A DNA stretch of 64,000 nt from Bacteroidia bacterium. Its GTDB lineage: Bacteria; Bacteroidota; Bacteroidia; M30B66. Under the pieces are notes generated by a model. That model worked only from the letters and a program-made list of their open reading frames with translations, did not search any database and was not told where the DNA came from. Location of the stretch: contig OZ257142.1 in NCBI GenBank assembly GCA_965279035.1, positions 4,000,001 to 4,064,000 on the forward strand, written 5' to 3'. Both the position numbers and the translations under genes were made by a program. The stretch's first letter is position 1, and each line of letters opens with the position of its first letter. Positions 60,683-64,000 of this stretch are shown piece after piece.

Positions 60683-63592
60683 TTAATTATGCTCTACAAT
60701 TACCTTTGCTATTAGCAAACCCGAATTTGATCGGAACTGAAAAAGATAAATTCCCTCAGCTAAATCATCAACATAAATAAAGTGAATTCCTGATTGTACT
60801 ATCTTTTCTTTAATCAATTTCCCAGCTAAATCGAACACATTTAAAACACCTGATTCTGGAACTGAAACTTGAATGAAATCGCTTGCTGGGTTGGGCTGTA
60901 ATGCTAATCTAGCAATGGATAATTCAGGGATTCCAGTTGGATCAAAAAAGTAATTTTGAGAAGATTTCGAACAACCAAACTCATTGGTCACAACGACTTT
61001 ATAATACCCTGGAAATTGAAGTTTGAGTGTATCGAATGTTTGTCCAGGAATTAGTTCATCACCAAAAAACCCATCACTAAAAAACCATTGATAATTTCCA
61101 CTTGCTTGAAATGCATGTAAAGAATTAGACAATGGATCAAAAAATAAAGTTGGAATTACTGGAGAAGGATTAACGATTACTGCTTCTTCAATAGATGTAT
61201 TAATGCAACCTGAAATATTAATACTGCAGCTATAATTTCCTTGATCCTGAATTGATATTGGTATAAATTCCAAGGAAGAACTAGTGTTATAGAAATTGCC
61301 AGATTGATACCAAGTATATTCAGCTCCCGGATACTGTGTCACATCCAAAACCAACGTATCCCCAGCACATGCAAGTACATTTCCAATTATCGTAACATCA
61401 TCAGGAAATTGATGAATAAAAACATTTACAGAAGCTATACTGTGACAGCTATCCACTGGATTAAAAACGTCCAAATGATACACTCCGCTCATGGATAATT
61501 GAGCATCCTGCAAAATCGGATTTTGTTCGGTAGATGTAAACCCATTTGGGCCCGTCCAAGAATATTCTGCACTGATTATTTCAGAAGCTTGCAATTGAAA
61601 TGGATGCCCTGTGCAAGTAACTGAATCGATCAAGGATGCAGAAACAGCGCAAGAATTACATGCTAAAGGAGCAGTATATTCAAAGGAATTCGAGCAATAA
61701 GGTTGATCCGAGAAAGACACTACAATGGTATGTTGTTGTCCATCGGAAGCAAGTTGATTAAAACTAAAATTTAATGAATCAGGAAATGGAGCTTCGAAAT
61801 TCAAGATTCCTCCTGAAGAATTGATAATTTCCACATTTCCAGATAGGGGCGGATGAGGTATATAAAGTGTGCTATTTATTGAAAATGAATTGTTGGTGGA
61901 ATCGCATTCAGAAACGAATGTATTTACCGTGTGATCACAGATTGAACTACAATCCGTTGTACCGGTGCCCCCGTTTTGTTGAATGTTTATTAATGTAGCT
62001 TGATTGGAGAAATTTGAAATGAGGAGCATATAATACTCTCCCGATTGAGCATTGGAAAGATTACAATTTTCAGTTGCAGAACCTGAATAGCTGCAATCAA
62101 TTACGTTAGTAGCATCTGCTGCCCAAACAGGATCTAATACAAAAGAACAAACTCCACTATCCCATTGCGTTTGACTAAAAGGTCCCCAGCAAATATAATC
62201 TACATCAAAACCAGAATTGATTTGTAAGTCAATTGGTCCTGTATTCTGAACCTTTATAAAATACCAAGCTGGATTTGGAGTAGAACCTAGGCAACTAATA
62301 CCTCCCCCAAATTCTGATTGTGTTCCTGTTGATGCTGAAAAGGTAATTCCCCCAGCTACATCTGTACAAAATGGTAGAGCTTCATCGCAAAATCCAGTAG
62401 GTAAAATTAATGGATCATGACAAGTTCCGCATGATAATGTAGCTGAAAATCCAGAGGACGTAACAGATCCATTTGTAGTAAATACTAAAGTTAAACATCC
62501 TCCTGAATTAGTGGAACTAGCAACAGGAAGAGGAACTGAAGTTCCTGAAAAAACACCTAATAAATCAGCCCCAGTATTGGGTCCATCGTATACTGAAAGT
62601 CGATCGAATGTTGCTTCCGTATTGAAACTTGAAAAATTGAGTGAAACACATTGCCCAGGAGTTCCCGAACAAATTGTTTGTGTAACGCTTTGATTATTAT
62701 CATAATTACCTAAAACTCCAGGATCAACAAAAGTTCCACCACACGTGGTGATTGTATCTCCTCCAACACCAAGTATTATATTAGGAGTTTGACAAACTCC
62801 ACAGGCAACATTCGCTTGAAATCCGGTATGAGTATCAGATCCATTTGAAGTAAATTGAAGAGTCATGCAACCTCCAGAATTTGTAGAAGTAGATAACGGA
62901 GCTGGAATTGTTGTACCTGAAAACACTCCTATTAAACCAGAGCTTGTATTTGGTCCATCATAAATTGTTAGAAGATCTGCGTCAGCTTCCGTATTGAAAC
63001 TAGTAAACGTAAGAGAAACACATTGTCCAACTACATCCGAACAAAATGTTTGAGTGATGTCCTCATTGTTTGAATAATTACCAGGACCACCTGCATCCAT
63101 TAAAATTCCACTGCATCCAGATATCATTGATCCGCCTTGACCCAACGTTATGGCTATTGGACATGATATGCATGAAATGTTAGCATTGAAACCTGTGTAA
63201 GTTACAGAACCATCTGAAACAAATGAAAGAGTAATACAACCACCAGAAGCACCTGTTGATGTTACAACGCCCGGACTAGTTGTTCCTGCATAAGTACCTA
63301 GAACCGCAGCTAAGGTGCTATTCCCATCATAAATTACTAAAGGATCACAGCATGATTCGGTTTCAAATGCACCAAATGATAATTGAATACATTGCCCATT
63401 CCCTGAACAAATGGTTTGTGTTACATTCAATCCATTAGCATATGAACCATAACCACCAGGATTTTCAATGGTGCCACCACAATCTGTAATTGTAGTTCCT
63501 GTTGCTCCCATGATATAGGTTTGGCCATAGGTTGTAAAGGATAAAAACAGAAAAAAAACTCCAATTAAATAAACAGATAAATGTTTCTGCAT
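60683..63592 (-). CDS. T9SS type A cargo with three CUB domains (paralog of 48622-52830)
   Basis: Residues 24 to about 550 nearly identical to the 1402-aa protein; type A CTD LQPNPAS...VFDLAG...GIYLF. Confidence 0.88.
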   Translation of the reverse strand: MQKHLSVYLIGVFFLFLSFTTYGQTYIMGATGTTITDCGGTIENPGGYGSYANGLNVTQTICSGNGQCIQLSFGAFETESCCDPLVIYDGNSTLAAVLGTYAGTTSPGVVTSTGASGGCITLSFVSDGSVTYTGFNANISCISCPIAITLGQGGSMISGCSGILMDAGGPGNYSNNEDITQTFCSDVVGQCVSLTFTSFNTEADADLLTIYDGPNTSSGLIGVFSGTTIPAPLSTSTNSGGCMTLQFTSNGSDTHTGFQANVACGVCQTPNIILGVGGDTITTCGGTFVDPGVLGNYDNNQSVTQTICSGTPGQCVSLNFSSFNTEATFDRLSVYDGPNTGADLLGVFSGTSVPLPVASSTNSGGCLTLVFTTNGSVTSSGFSATLSCGTCHDPLILPTGFCDEALPFCTDVAGGITFSASTGTQSEFGGGISCLGSTPNPAWYFIKVQNTGPIDLQINSGFDVDYICWGPFSQTQWDSGVCSFVLDPVWAADATNVIDCSYSGSATENCNLSNAQSGEYYMLLISNFSNQATLINIQQNGGTGTTDCSSICDHTVNTFVSECDSTNNSFSINSTLYIPHPPLSGNVEIINSSGGILNFEAPFPDSLNFSFNQLASDGQQHTIVVSFSDQPYCSNSFEYTAPLACNSCAVSASLIDSVTCTGHPFQLQASEIISAEYSWTGPNGFTSTEQNPILQDAQLSMSGVYHLDVFNPVDSCHSIASVNVFIHQFPDDVTIIGNVLACAGDTLVLDVTQYPGAEYTWYQSGNFYNTSSSLEFIPISIQDQGNYSCSINISGCINTSIEEAVIVNPSPVIPTLFFDPLSNSLHAFQASGNYQWFFSDGFFGDELIPGQTFDTLKLQFPGYYKVVVTNEFGCSKSSQNYFFDPTGIPELSIARLALQPNPASDFIQVSVPESGVLNVFDLAGKLIKEKIVQSGIHFIYVDDLAEGIYLFQFRSNSGLLIAKVIVEHN

Positions 63593-63776
63593 AAAGTATA
63601 TATTTTATAAAACACCATTTTCAAAAGAATAAATCTAACTAATAAATAATCAGCTATGCCTATCCTACACAATACTAATAAAATCAATAAGGCAATTCAG
63701 CGACAGTTTATACGATTTGTCGCAAAATAATCAACTAGCTATCACAATAGTTAAAATCAAAAATGAGGGAGCAATG

Positions 63777-64000
63777 CTATAAACCCGTTAATTGCAAACG
63801 GGCAGTCCAGACTGATTTATTCGAATAAAACTTAAGCAAATAAATACCCGCTGCACGTTGTTCACTGCTTAAAATATGCTTGCCTTTTTGCAATTTGAAC
63901 GAACCCTTTAGCGAGCCCGCAGCATTCCAAATTTCAAGTGTTCCATCATCAGGTAACTCAACAAAAAATTCGCTTGTTGCTGGATTAGGACCAATATCTA
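63777..64000 (-). CDS. 3' end of a further T9SS type A cargo gene (runs off the window)
   Basis: Manual translation: DIGPNPATSEFFVELPDDGTLEIWNAAG...GIYLLKFYSNKSVWTARLQLTGL*; absent from the ORF track. Confidence 0.8.
   Translation of the reverse strand, partial: DIGPNPATSEFFVELPDDGTLEIWNAAGSLKGSFKLQKGKHILSSEQRAAGIYLLKFYSNKSVWTARLQLTGL

Noticed and set aside
452-62693. Numerous 60-155 aa ORFs nested in or antisense to long genes
   Set aside because: Shadows of well-supported CDSs with no motifs of their own.
48622-63592. Diversity-generating retroelement or invertase shufflon behind the paralog similarity
   Set aside because: No reverse transcriptase or recombinase in the window; differences are largely synonymous, not adenine-specific, and no inverted crossover sites were seen.

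Overview
Chromosomal window from a Bacteroidota genome, judged from TAnnTTTG -7 promoters, T9SS cargo proteins and a TonB receptor + DUF4249 pair. Housekeeping genes are dxr, a cystathionine gamma-synthase/lyase, fahA, glyA, cinA, a fused 2-oxoacid dehydrogenase E1, corA, efp, a PcrB/GGGP synthase, gpmI, two POT transporters, DPP-IV, a dipeptide epimerase and a GlcD-like oxidase. An intact IS4-family element (273-1643; 20-bp IRs, 9-bp TSD) splits an AAA_14/DUF4143 ATPase gene. There is also a DUF1778/GNAT toxin-antitoxin pair and a cluster of small lipoproteins. The most striking structure is a set of T9SS-secreted proteins forming a full 2x2 mix-and-match matrix: two heads (choice-of-anchor-L-like or 3xCUB) each occur on a long stalk with a type B CTD and on a short stalk with a type A CTD. 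The two CUB genes are collinear and near-identical over about 525 codons, but have unrelated signal peptides and different tails. Other oddities are a probable pseudo-enzyme HisF, an EF-P with Asn at the normally modified tip, an in-frame uORF before the 1722-aa adhesin, a GTAG-type REP family with fully compensatory variants at three loci, a 63-bp repeat that has taken over a gene's C-terminus, and a Flavo-1-like structured RNA. No rRNA, tRNA or CRISPR array was seen. Family names come from motif recognition by eye, not database searches.
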